Of a stretch of 62,021 nt of DNA, positions 46,157 through 54,588 are shown piece by piece. This DNA is from a virus (lineage: Duplodnaviria; Caudoviricetes), in the IMG/VR virus record IMGVR_UViG_3300031472_000001, positions 1 to 62,021 of that record; one strand, written 5' to 3'. The translations under genes and the position numbers were made by a program. Every line of letters starts with the position of its first letter. Position 1 is the first letter of the stretch. Below the pieces are notes generated by a model. That model worked only from the letters and a program-made list of their open reading frames with translations. It did not search any database and was not told the DNA's origin.

Positions 46157-46537
46157 ATGCTCTTAACAATCCGGCTTGCTGATGAGAAAGCCGTACCGTA
46201 TCTGACCTACGAGGAAAAGGTACATTTCCTTCACGCACACTTTCCAGGTGAAATCGCCTCCGAAGAACTTGATACCGTGACAGGGATTGTGACCTTCACG
46301 CTCTCAAAAACATTGACTGATGAGCAAAGCGACTACCTGCACCTCTCGGATGAGGCGCGTCTGGTCGATGCCTACAAAACAGAGGACGCCCCACAAACTG
46401 ACGTGCGTGTGCGACATGAGTTTGCCAGTGTCGCACACATTCAACTCGACTACGATACCATGAAAAAACTTCTCGCTACATGGAATCAGTTCGAGCATGA
46501 GCATCCCGACATGGCAGCACAACAACACCCCTTCTAG
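46157..46537 (+). CDS. hypothetical protein
   Basis: RBS AAGGAG; start MLLTIR. Confidence 0.6.
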   Translation: MLLTIRLADEKAVPYLTYEEKVHFLHAHFPGEIASEELDTVTGIVTFTLSKTLTDEQSDYLHLSDEARLVDAYKTEDAPQTDVRVRHEFASVAHIQLDYDTMKKLLATWNQFEHEHPDMAAQQHPF

Positions 46538-46545
46538 GAGACGAT

Positions 46546-46890
46546 ATGACCACAAACACAACCACGCAGGAGGCCATACAAGACCTCCGCAATGACGGCA
46601 TCTTGAGCGAGTATTGCCACCATCACACTGGCAAGGAAAATGGCGGCTGGATGTGCCGCCAGTGCCACACCGAGCAGGGCACGCTACACCTGCTTGAACT
46701 GGCGGATAACCGCCAAGTACGCGAAGAGATTGCATCTCTCGACTTTGTGCCAGCGATGGTCGCACTCGGCTACATCGAAGACACACACGGCGTCATTGAT
46801 GCCTTTATCAACGGACTTCTCACGGAAAATGAGGGAGAGTGGATTGAGCAAGAGTTGCAAAAGTGGCAGATGGCAGAGGTGAACGTATGA
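46546..46890 (+). CDS. hypothetical protein
   Basis: RBS AGGAG; C.H...C..C. Confidence 0.6.
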   Translation: MTTNTTTQEAIQDLRNDGILSEYCHHHTGKENGGWMCRQCHTEQGTLHLLELADNRQVREEIASLDFVPAMVALGYIEDTHGVIDAFINGLLTENEGEWIEQELQKWQMAEVNV

Positions 46891-47183
46891 ACGAGAACCT
46901 TGTACAGGAGTTTGGCATCCTGTCAACACAATACGATGATGTTGTGAGAGAACGGGATGCTCTACAGGCGAAGGTTGCTGCATACGATAAATCATTCGCA
47001 ATGCATCGAGACTTTGAACAACAACTCGCACGAGAACGCAACGATGCATTATCCGACCTTGCCAACGCTCGCACCGCCGCCGAGCTTGCGGCCACACATC
47101 GCGAGGCGTTGGAGCAGTTGGTACGGGAGTATTGCGGCGATTGTCAATGCAACAAGTGCAAGCGAGCCACTGAACTGCTCTGA
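46887..47183 (+). CDS. coiled-coil protein
   Basis: ATGA-coupled. Confidence 0.6.
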   Translation: MNENLVQEFGILSTQYDDVVRERDALQAKVAAYDKSFAMHRDFEQQLARERNDALSDLANARTAAELAATHREALEQLVREYCGDCQCNKCKRATELL

Positions 47184-47194
47184 GAGGTGACACA

Positions 47195-47431
47195 GTGAAT
47201 TGCTACGTCGCTGAGTGTGAGCGTGTAGCGACGGTGAGTAGCCCATCACATCGCTACCACTACTGCGCTTTACATGGACGCTGTAGAGGCTGTGGCGCGT
47301 CTGTCACGACGTTTGTACCGCATCCGTTCACGCCGATGGTGTATGTGTGTCCCTGTGTCGCTTCCAACGTGCGAGCGTGGGCCATGCAACGGGAGAATAG
47401 GCACACGAAACAACGCTCATTGATCGCATAG
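47195..47431 (+). CDS. Cys-rich small protein
   Basis: RBS GAGGTG. Confidence 0.5.
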   Translation: MNCYVAECERVATVSSPSHRYHYCALHGRCRGCGASVTTFVPHPFTPMVYVCPCVASNVRAWAMQRENRHTKQRSLIA

Positions 47432-47462
47432 GAAGGGATATGTTCATGCTGCTCATTGATTT

Positions 47463-47600
47463 GTCAACTACCCATCCCGTAAACGGGAAAGGCTTGCACC
47501 TAATCCTTCCTCTGCCAGGAGAACAGGGGATTGACGCGAGAGGCTGGTTGACTTCTGGGAACTACCCATACGACGCACTGTTACCAGTGGACTTCGCAGC
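47463..47600 (-). mobile_element. IS200/IS605-family right end / TnpB omega-RNA-like remnant
   Basis: The minus strand ends GCAAGCC-TTTCCCGTTTACGGGAT-GGGTAGTTGAC, with upstream GTCAACCAGCCT (VNQP). No tnpA or tnpB in the window. The left boundary is uncertain. Confidence 0.6.
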
Positions 47601-47787
47601 CCATACACCAAGCGAAGCACAAGTTCTCCATGCCAGAACAGTTACCCATCCTTGTAGCGAGGTGTACATGAAGCAGAGTGGAGTGACCAGAGGCCTATTC
47701 CGAAGAATACGCACGTTGTCCATCACTCTCGCTTATACAGTCTCATCCTTTTACAGCTATCGAAAAGCGGAAGTGCGTCTGCGGACG

Positions 47788-47838
47788 CCTTTCAGGGCAC
47801 CCATACGCCCGTGACGGGCGTATGGGTGCCCTGAAAGG
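47788..47838. repeat. perfect 51-bp palindrome
   Basis: 25-bp arms CCTTTCAGGGCACCCATACGCCCGT with a 1-nt centre. Confidence 0.95.
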
Positions 47839-47908
47839 ATTGTTATGGGATTGTTGAGCGAGATAGTGAGAATGTGCGCGAGATGGCGCAAGAAATGAGG
47901 AGAGTCGC

Positions 47909-48262
47909 ATGAACGAGAATATAGCACAGATATCATTGAAGACGGTTCAACGGCTTGCGAAATGGCGTACTGTCTTTACAGGTTGGCAACTTGGCACACG
48001 AGCAAAAGGCGATCCAGAATGTGACGCAGTACGAGACCATAGAGAGGTCACAATCCTTCTTAGGGCAGAAGTCAACGCACTTCTCACACTTTGTCTTGAC
48101 CAGGGACTTTTCACAGCAGACGAATGGAATTTAACGCTGGGGAGAGAGGCAGACCAGTTGAGCAAAGACTACGAACAACGATTTCCAGGTATGAAGGCTA
48201 CTGAGATAGGCATAGATTACGACGCCCGTGCAATAGACACTATGAAGAACTGGAAACCATAA
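47909..48262 (+). CDS. hypothetical phage protein
   Basis: RBS GAGGAG; KWR....GWQLGTR...DPE..AVRD motif. Confidence 0.7.
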   Translation: MNENIAQISLKTVQRLAKWRTVFTGWQLGTRAKGDPECDAVRDHREVTILLRAEVNALLTLCLDQGLFTADEWNLTLGREADQLSKDYEQRFPGMKATEIGIDYDARAIDTMKNWKP

Positions 48263-48327
48263 CCCATCAGGGGGCGTGCGATGTCCCCTATTTCATCAAC
48301 AAATCTTTATCTATCGAGGAAAGTAGC

Positions 48328-48573
48328 ATGAACGAAAGACTTACCGCAGACGATTTAGAGCGTGTGTTTTTTCGCGCTCAGGATATATCAGGCAAGTGGG
48401 GAAGCATCAACGCAAAAGAGGCAACCGACGCGCAATTTCAAGTATGGGCGGAGTCTCGTATCGCTATTCAAGGCGAAGAGACACCTTGGACGCTAGAGGA
48501 ACGCGCCAACTTCTGCGACATGCTCTATCAAGCAGGGGGACTCTCAATCCTCAAAAAAGAGAGCGAGCAATAA
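48328..48573 (+). CDS. hypothetical protein
   Basis: RBS GAGG; flanked by repeated hairpin motifs. Confidence 0.6.
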   Translation: MNERLTADDLERVFFRAQDISGKWGSINAKEATDAQFQVWAESRIAIQGEETPWTLEERANFCDMLYQAGGLSILKKESEQ

Positions 48574-48634
48574 CACCACCAGGGGCGTGCGATGCCCCAC
48601 TATTTCATATCATTTCAGAAAGCAGAGCACCCGA

Positions 48635-49285
48635 ATGGCAACACAAAACCCGTATTGGAATGAGATACACAACAAAGGTATAGATGATATCTACAGCATA
48701 CGAAGCTCAACGAAGCGAAGCAGCATGGCATCATCGCTGCTTTGGGCATCTCGACATGAGTATTGTGGTAAATATTCGTGGTCGATTCCTGACCCTGCAT
48801 CCATTGCCTTTGTTGCTGAACATTTGGGAGCGAAAGCTGTCGAGATGGGTGCTGGCATGGGCTACTACGCATGGCAACTTGCACAATCAGGTGTCGATAT
48901 TCTCTGCTACGATATCGCACCGCCAAGTATCGTGACTGATAATCACTATCACAGTCCACGTACAGGCCGCTACGAAGACTTCTCAGGTGAGACCGTGCAA
49001 ACGTATCATCCTGTTTTACAAGGCACACCCGACCTCCTACAGCGCCATGCAGACCGTTCGCTGTTTCTGTGCTGGCCGCCCATGTCCGATATGGCGACAC
49101 AGTGCCTAGAACACTATAGAGGCAACAAACTGGTCTACATTGGTGAAAGTGACGGCGGATGCACTGCTGATGAGGCATTTTTTGAAGTACTGGAAAAGGA
49201 CTGGACAGCCATTGCATCGCACAATCCGCTGCAATGGGACGGCATCCACGATTATATTGAGGTCTACGAACGCAAAGACAAATAA
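48635..49285 (+). CDS. class I SAM-dependent methyltransferase
   Basis: VE.GAG.GY.A, LFLCWPP and YIGE..GGCT motifs. Confidence 0.85.
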   Translation: MATQNPYWNEIHNKGIDDIYSIRSSTKRSSMASSLLWASRHEYCGKYSWSIPDPASIAFVAEHLGAKAVEMGAGMGYYAWQLAQSGVDILCYDIAPPSIVTDNHYHSPRTGRYEDFSGETVQTYHPVLQGTPDLLQRHADRSLFLCWPPMSDMATQCLEHYRGNKLVYIGESDGGCTADEAFFEVLEKDWTAIASHNPLQWDGIHDYIEVYERKDK

Positions 49286-49307
49286 CACTGTATCTATCGG
49301 GGGAATC

Positions 49308-49532
49308 ATGAACAATAAGACGATCTATATCGCCTACATCCTGCAATCCGTTGACGGATTCGCGTCAAACCTGCTCCGCTATGCCTTTGAGCATCCAAGT
49401 GTCGAATACTACGCAGAGCCAGAGGAGCAAGCGCAACTCAAAGCCTATTTCAAAGCACATCACTACACGCACGAAGAGCCGCTGGTGGTAGAGCCGAGCG
49501 ACATTCTGGACTACATGCCCTATTCAGCATAA
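49308..49532 (+). CDS. hypothetical protein
   Basis: RBS GGGGG; start MNNKTI. Confidence 0.55.
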   Translation: MNNKTIYIAYILQSVDGFASNLLRYAFEHPSVEYYAEPEEQAQLKAYFKAHHYTHEEPLVVEPSDILDYMPYSA

Positions 49533-49562
49533 ACAAAACTTTATATATTATCGGGGGGAAGC

Positions 49563-50813
49563 ATGGAATTATCAATTGAGGCTATACGATTAGACGGTGG
49601 CACTCAGCCACGAGCAGCTATAGACAAAGACGTGATACAGGATTATGCACTTTCTATGATGGAAGGCGTAAAGCTTCCACCTGTAACCGTCTTCTACGAT
49701 GGTACTGACTACTGGTTAGCTGATGGCTTCCACCGCTATCATGCATCACGTCAAATGTGCCAAGACACCATAGAGGCAGATGTACGACAGGGAACGCGCC
49801 GTGATGCCGTTCTGTACTCTGTAGGGGCGAATGCCACGCATGGGTTACGGCGTACTAATGCTGATAAACGTAGGGCAGTAGAAACGCTTCTCAACGATGC
49901 TGAATGGGCAAAGTGGAATGATAGCGAGATAGCTAGGCGTACTGGTACCAGCCACGATTTCACTAGGAGGCTTAGACCTGCAACTATCTTGCATTCAATG
50001 CAAGATAGTCCGCGCTTGGTAGAGCGCAATGGCACAACCTACACAATGAACACCGCCACTATCGGACGCCCACAAGAGCAACAAAATCTTACCCCTACAC
50101 AATTCTTTGATGAGATAACCCCTGGTTTCACTGATTGGCAACAGAATGAGGATGAGGAAACAGAAGCAGACCGCTCTCAACGATCTGTTGATCTTGGTTT
50201 AACTGAGTATTACCATGACGATTTACGCCGCGCGGCATTCAGAAGAGATGAAGAAAGCCGTTATCCCTTAAAAACTGTCCCTGACATGCGCGAGTTTCAT
50301 CCTATTCTCAATACCGTTACCAGTAAAAGCAATGAATGGTACACCCCTTCACGCTATGTACAGGCAGCGCGTGAAGTTATGGGGAATATCGACTTAGACC
50401 CTGCTAGCAATCCAACCGCGAACGAAGTTATACAAGCAGCTACCTATTATGACAAAGAGACAAACGGACTTGATAAAGAGTGGGCAGGGCGTGTATGGAT
50501 GAATCCCCCGTATGGACGTGATGAGACAGGGAGCAATCAAGATATATGGACACGTCGCCTCATAGACCATTTCAATGCTGGAGCGGTTACAGAAGCTGTA
50601 GTGTTAGTCAATGCATCGGTAGATACACGGTGGTTTCAACCTCTATGGGACTTTCCTATCTGCTTTCCCGATCATCGCATCAACTTCTACACCTCTGACA
50701 GTATCGCATCAGGTTCTACGCATGGAAGCGCACTGGTCTACCTCGGACACAATGAAGAGAAGTTCAAATCCGTGTTCAAGCAGTTCGGGCCAATAGTCAG
50801 GAAGGTGAGCTAA
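49563..50813 (+). CDS. ParB-like domain fused to phage DNA N6-adenine methyltransferase
   Basis: LADGFHR..A (ParB); EWYTP, DLDPAS and W.NPPY (phage Dam-type). Confidence 0.9.
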   Translation: MELSIEAIRLDGGTQPRAAIDKDVIQDYALSMMEGVKLPPVTVFYDGTDYWLADGFHRYHASRQMCQDTIEADVRQGTRRDAVLYSVGANATHGLRRTNADKRRAVETLLNDAEWAKWNDSEIARRTGTSHDFTRRLRPATILHSMQDSPRLVERNGTTYTMNTATIGRPQEQQNLTPTQFFDEITPGFTDWQQNEDEETEADRSQRSVDLGLTEYYHDDLRRAAFRRDEESRYPLKTVPDMREFHPILNTVTSKSNEWYTPSRYVQAAREVMGNIDLDPASNPTANEVIQAATYYDKETNGLDKEWAGRVWMNPPYGRDETGSNQDIWTRRLIDHFNAGAVTEAVVLVNASVDTRWFQPLWDFPICFPDHRINFYTSDSIASGSTHGSALVYLGHNEEKFKSVFKQFGPIVRKVS

Positions 50814-51568
50814 TGCCACTTCCTCCAACCTTCTCGCATGGGCAAAAAGTCGAGAACATGGTGCTACAGTTCTTCCTCACGAAAGGACGCATGCTGGTAG
50901 AAGTGGGCGCACTCAAGAAAGAGGGATTAGATGGGAAAGCCCCTTCTATCTACGTTCCTAACCGTATCACACCGCTCGTCTCACCTGATTTGCTGACGGT
51001 CAAAACGGACTATGACCAAACGGTGCTACAGTCAACATTTTGGGATTTTCCTTTTCTATGGGCTGAGGTAAAGGGTAAAAATGAATTTACCTTCTATCGC
51101 AGGAAAGATCGCTGGCAGACTGGAATAGATAAACGTCATTATGAACACTATGTTGAGGTACAAACACTTACCAGGATACCTGCATGGTTATTTTTCTTTC
51201 AACCAGAAGACACCCCAAAACCACAAAGAGAGCCTATTCCTGAAAAGCACTTACCTATGCCAAGAGGACTTTATGCATGTCCAATATCACAAAAATACTC
51301 TGACGAATGGGAACATATGGTGTATTGGGGAATATGCGAACTGCAACAAGTAGCAACGGTTGAAGAGGTGCTAGCAGCACAGTACGACGTACAAATCTAT
51401 CATAAAGAATTGCTCGCACTTCTCCGAAGCGAGACCGAACAGACGCTAGAAGAAGTAACCGCCAAAATAAAACAAACAATGCCAGACAATCATCCAGACC
51501 GCTCCCCTCTGCTAAAAGCATGGGGCTATAAGCACGAGCGATTTACAAGAAAGAAAATATCAGCATGA
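50813..51568 (+). CDS. PD-(D/E)xK nuclease-like protein
   Basis: G...E, SPDLL and WAEVKGK motifs; coupled to the MTase. Confidence 0.65.
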   Translation: MPLPPTFSHGQKVENMVLQFFLTKGRMLVEVGALKKEGLDGKAPSIYVPNRITPLVSPDLLTVKTDYDQTVLQSTFWDFPFLWAEVKGKNEFTFYRRKDRWQTGIDKRHYEHYVEVQTLTRIPAWLFFFQPEDTPKPQREPIPEKHLPMPRGLYACPISQKYSDEWEHMVYWGICELQQVATVEEVLAAQYDVQIYHKELLALLRSETEQTLEEVTAKIKQTMPDNHPDRSPLLKAWGYKHERFTRKKISA

Positions 51569-51650
51569 CCCATCACGCGCCCACACGCGACACGCAACAG
51601 GACGTATTTCTCAGCGACTTTACACGTAATGATACAATCTTACTAGACAC

Positions 51651-51692
51651 TTGCCATATGGGAAATACTATGCTATACTTCCCATATGGCAA
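51651..51692 (+). promoter_or_regulatory. promoter overlapped by a 14-bp inverted-repeat operator
   Basis: TTGCCA-17-TATACT; TTGCCATATGGGAA/TTCCCATATGGCAA. Confidence 0.85.
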
Positions 51693-51706
51693 CAAGGAAG
51701 GGAAAC

Positions 51707-51895
51707 ATGATGGAAGACGAACTACGCCAGTTGCTCAGAGAGCATGGCTGGAACCTGTTCACACGGATGAGGAAAGAGAGACTTTATCTTTATGCTCAGA
51801 AGTGGAGAAAGGGCGAGGTCTACATCGGCACTCAGGCCAACTTGCCAAATATCACACCCGACAAGGTGTTGAAGAAAATAGCCTCTGCTTCGTAA
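51707..51895 (+). CDS. small basic alpha/beta protein, copy 1
   Basis: LL..HGW.L.TR.R...YLYA....G.VYI; paralog of 54289..54495. Confidence 0.75.
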   Translation: MMEDELRQLLREHGWNLFTRMRKERLYLYAQKWRKGEVYIGTQANLPNITPDKVLKKIASAS

Positions 51896-51903
51896 GAGCA
51901 GAC

Positions 51904-51992
51904 AAAAAAAATAACGGCTTATGCCGTCCAGCGTTTCGGGTGAGGTCTATTGATTGGAACCCTCTAAACCACACCCTTAGTTCAATACGCCT
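51904..51992 (-). ncRNA. predicted small RNA 1
   Basis: Promoter TTGCAA-17-CATACT (52027-51999), stem-loop, terminator ACGGC-ATAA-GCCGT plus T-run. Confidence 0.6.
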
Positions 51993-52165
51993 GCTAGTAG
52001 TATGCATCATTGTGTGCAAAATTGCAAGATATGCGTACAGTAGCATGGCGTGTGTAGGAGACCAAATCCTATGAACACGATACTCCTCAACATGCCCACC
52101 ATCGGGCTACCCCTGCTTGTCGCTGTGTACCTGTGGGCCGTGCGTCACAGAAAGACGGTGACGCG

Positions 52166-53035
52166 ATGATGGTTGCAACATCTCTTCTTCCCGATGTTCT
52201 CAATTTTGGGAGTGACTTACATCTCCGATATCAATGGTTCCTTCCTGAGAGTATGGGACACCCCGCCAAACTGCATCTTGGGCTGTTGTCTTGGATTGTA
52301 GACTGGTACACCCGTCCGGGGCAAACCATACTAGACCCTATGGCTGGTATCGGGAGTGTCCTGTATGCAGCTACGTTACAGCGCAACGTCATTGCAAAAG
52401 AGATAGAGCCGCGCTGGTTAGAAGTGCTTCACAAAAACGCCGCGCACATCCTTGAGCAATCAGGTCTCTTTGCAGGACAAATTACCGTTGGTCAGGCAGA
52501 CGCGTGTGAGGCGTGGGGCGTGCAAGCCGATTGCATCATCACCTCTCCGCCGTATGGATGTAGCGCGTCCACCAGCGCGAATGCAAGAAAAATGCTTCCC
52601 TACCGTCAAAGCAAATCAACAATACAGTTAGATGAGCGTTGGCACCGATTGCACGCTCATCCTTCGGCTGGTGCTATGGGCGCGTTATCGTTCCACTATG
52701 GCAATCATCCGGCACAAATCGGGCATTTTCGTGGAAACCGTTACTGGCAAGCAATGGAGCGCATGTATACACAAGCGCACACGTCGCTCCGGCCTTCTGG
52801 TTTCCTCATCCTCATTCTTAAAGATCACATTTTCCAGGGCAAACGAGTTAGAACTGCTGAGAAAACTATCGCACTGTGCGAATCCATTGGCTTTACGCTG
52901 TACGCACGTCATCAACGCCATGTGTATCCGCTCTCACTCTGGCAACGACGGCGGAAAGAACGTGGCGAGCCGGTAGTGGAAGAAGAGGATGTACTGGTGT
53001 TTTGCCATAAGCAAGAGAGTGAGGTGAGCGCATGA
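52166..53035 (+). CDS. amino (N4-C/N6-A) DNA methyltransferase
   Basis: HPAK, ILDPMAGIGS and ITSPPY motifs. Confidence 0.85.
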   Translation: MMVATSLLPDVLNFGSDLHLRYQWFLPESMGHPAKLHLGLLSWIVDWYTRPGQTILDPMAGIGSVLYAATLQRNVIAKEIEPRWLEVLHKNAAHILEQSGLFAGQITVGQADACEAWGVQADCIITSPPYGCSASTSANARKMLPYRQSKSTIQLDERWHRLHAHPSAGAMGALSFHYGNHPAQIGHFRGNRYWQAMERMYTQAHTSLRPSGFLILILKDHIFQGKRVRTAEKTIALCESIGFTLYARHQRHVYPLSLWQRRRKERGEPVVEEEDVLVFCHKQESEVSA

Positions 53036-54168
53036 CCTCAGTCTACTACAACGATATCGACCCCTACTGCTGCAAAGTGCTACAAAAAAACATAGAGCGC
53101 GGCTACCTGCCACAAGGAGACGTAGATGGAAGAGACATCAGGGAAGTACGAGCAGAGCAGCTTGTGGGATACCAGCACGTCCACCTCTTCGCTGGAATCG
53201 GTGGATTCCCCCTCGGTCTGGCACGAGCAGGATACCCCGAACACCTTAGAACTATTACCGGAGGTTTCCCCTGCCAGGATATCAGTAACGCAGGAAAACA
53301 AGCCGGTATCGAGGGGGAGCGTAGCGGCCTTTGGAAAGAGATGTACCGACTCATTCGCGAGTTACGACCTGATTACGCAATTATGGAAAACGTCGGCGCA
53401 CTGGTTAATAGGGGACTCTCTACCGTACTTGGGGACTTGGCCTCGTGTGGGTACGATGCTGAATGGCAATGTCTACGAGCATCGGACTTTGGCGCGCCAC
53501 ACCAACGCGAACGCATCTTCATTGTGGCCTACCTTCACGGCATCGGAAGCGATGCACGGGGGACCAAATCAAGTATCACTCAGTGGACAACCGACACTAA
53601 CGAACTTGGCGCGACGGAACTGGCCTACCCCACAAGCAGGGGACTCACAACACGGACGGAACTCTCACGACAGCGCAGGGAGACCACATCTCACGAGTGC
53701 GGTACATATGAATTGGCCTACCCCCACAGCGATAGACAGTGGAACGGGACGCATCAACAAGAGTCTAGGCGAGAATGCACAGGAACGCCCGACACTGGCA
53801 TACATGGCACATTACAACCGATGGCCCACTCCGACATCCAACGATGCGAAGAACAGCACACTGCCCCCTTCTCAAGAAACCAGGGACGGGATAGCCGGTG
53901 CGTTGATACGCACCGGCTATCAGGGACAACTGAATCCATCTTGGGTAGAGACACTTATGGGCTATCCTACGGGCTGGACAGACATAGATGGCCTGCTGGA
54001 CCAGGACAAGAGCAACATGCATGGGAGCCTGCTAGAGTAACTAAAAAAAGAGTTGCTAAGCGCGTAGGGCGGCTCAAAGCACTGGGTAATGCTATCGTGC
54101 CACAATGTGCCGAATGGGTAGCTAGATGCATCGTGGCCTACGAACGCGAGAAGGAGCGTGCAGCATGA
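53032..54168 (+). CDS. C5-cytosine DNA methyltransferase, main (alpha) chain
   Basis: LFAGIGG, GGFPCQD, ENV, GAPHQRER and RLKALGNAIVP motifs. Confidence 0.95.
   Translation: MTSVYYNDIDPYCCKVLQKNIERGYLPQGDVDGRDIREVRAEQLVGYQHVHLFAGIGGFPLGLARAGYPEHLRTITGGFPCQDISNAGKQAGIEGERSGLWKEMYRLIRELRPDYAIMENVGALVNRGLSTVLGDLASCGYDAEWQCLRASDFGAPHQRERIFIVAYLHGIGSDARGTKSSITQWTTDTNELGATELAYPTSRGLTTRTELSRQRRETTSHECGTYELAYPHSDRQWNGTHQQESRRECTGTPDTGIHGTLQPMAHSDIQRCEEQHTAPFSRNQGRDSRCVDTHRLSGTTESILGRDTYGLSYGLDRHRWPAGPGQEQHAWEPARVTKKRVAKRVGRLKALGNAIVPQCAEWVARCIVAYEREKERAA
53126..54040 (+). CDS. nested +1-frame MTase beta chain (WPTP repeats plus motif IX)
   Basis: 304-codon open frame with four WPT(P/F) repeats and LNPSWVETLMGYPTGWT. 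True start uncertain. Confidence 0.7.
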   Translation: MEETSGKYEQSSLWDTSTSTSSLESVDSPSVWHEQDTPNTLELLPEVSPARISVTQENKPVSRGSVAAFGKRCTDSFASYDLITQLWKTSAHWLIGDSLPYLGTWPRVGTMLNGNVYEHRTLARHTNANASSLWPTFTASEAMHGGPNQVSLSGQPTLTNLARRNWPTPQAGDSQHGRNSHDSAGRPHLTSAVHMNWPTPTAIDSGTGRINKSLGENAQERPTLAYMAHYNRWPTPTSNDAKNSTLPPSQETRDGIAGALIRTGYQGQLNPSWVETLMGYPTGWTDIDGLLDQDKSNMHGSLLE

Positions 54169-54232
54169 TCGCTCTCGCTCACGTAGGGACATCATGCCCT
54201 ACCCTATTTCTTCTCGCAAGGTGTGAAAACAC

Positions 54233-54275
54233 TTGCATCTTGCCACACACTATGATACAATATTCTTGCCACACA
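54233..54275 (+). promoter_or_regulatory. promoter with direct-repeat operator
   Basis: TTGCAT-17-TACAAT with TG; TCTTGCCACACA twice. Confidence 0.8.
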
Positions 54276-54288
54276 AAAAGGGGTACTA

Positions 54289-54495
54289 ATGAATATGACT
54301 TACGAGGAGGCAGACACTCTACTACAGCAGATTGGGTGGTCTCTTATCACTCGCAAACGAGGCAAAGTGAAGAAATATCTTTATGCCAAACGCAGAGAGG
54401 ATGGAGAACTCAAGGACATTTATATAGCACCTCTGGCAGAACTCGAAACAATGACATCCGAACAGGTGCTATACATACTCAATACAAAGAAATAG
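54289..54495 (+). CDS. small basic alpha/beta protein, copy 2
   Basis: LL..IGW.L.TR.R....YLYA.....G....IYI. Confidence 0.75.
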   Translation: MNMTYEEADTLLQQIGWSLITRKRGKVKKYLYAKRREDGELKDIYIAPLAELETMTSEQVLYILNTKK

Positions 54496-54588
54496 ACGCT
54501 GGCAAGAGCCAACGCACAATTTTAGCAGTCAGGACGTTCCTAGTCGATTGTCACCCGCATTGGAACGCCCCTATATCACTCTGCTTTG
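54486..54588 (-). ncRNA. predicted small RNA 2
   Basis: Promoter TTGCAA-17-TATAAT (54623-54595), 10-bp stem-loop, terminator GCGTTGGC-TCTT-GCCAGCGT plus T-rich tail. Confidence 0.65.

Noticed and set aside
47440-47814. 124-aa plus-strand ORF as a real gene
   Set aside because: It runs through the IS-end-like sequence and into the palindrome; more likely an interrupted gene start plus read-through.
51932-51990. CRISPR mini-array reading of GTTTC...ATTGGAAC plus a spacer
   Set aside because: There is no second matching repeat and no cas genes, and the termini are also explained by ordinary hairpins. A solitary-repeat role cannot be excluded without host repeats.
51565-52074. 169-aa ORF spanning cassette 1, and the 5' extension of ORF 54126..55346 spanning cassette 2
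   Set aside because: They cross promoters, operators and terminators and show no protein motifs; treated as incidental open frames.
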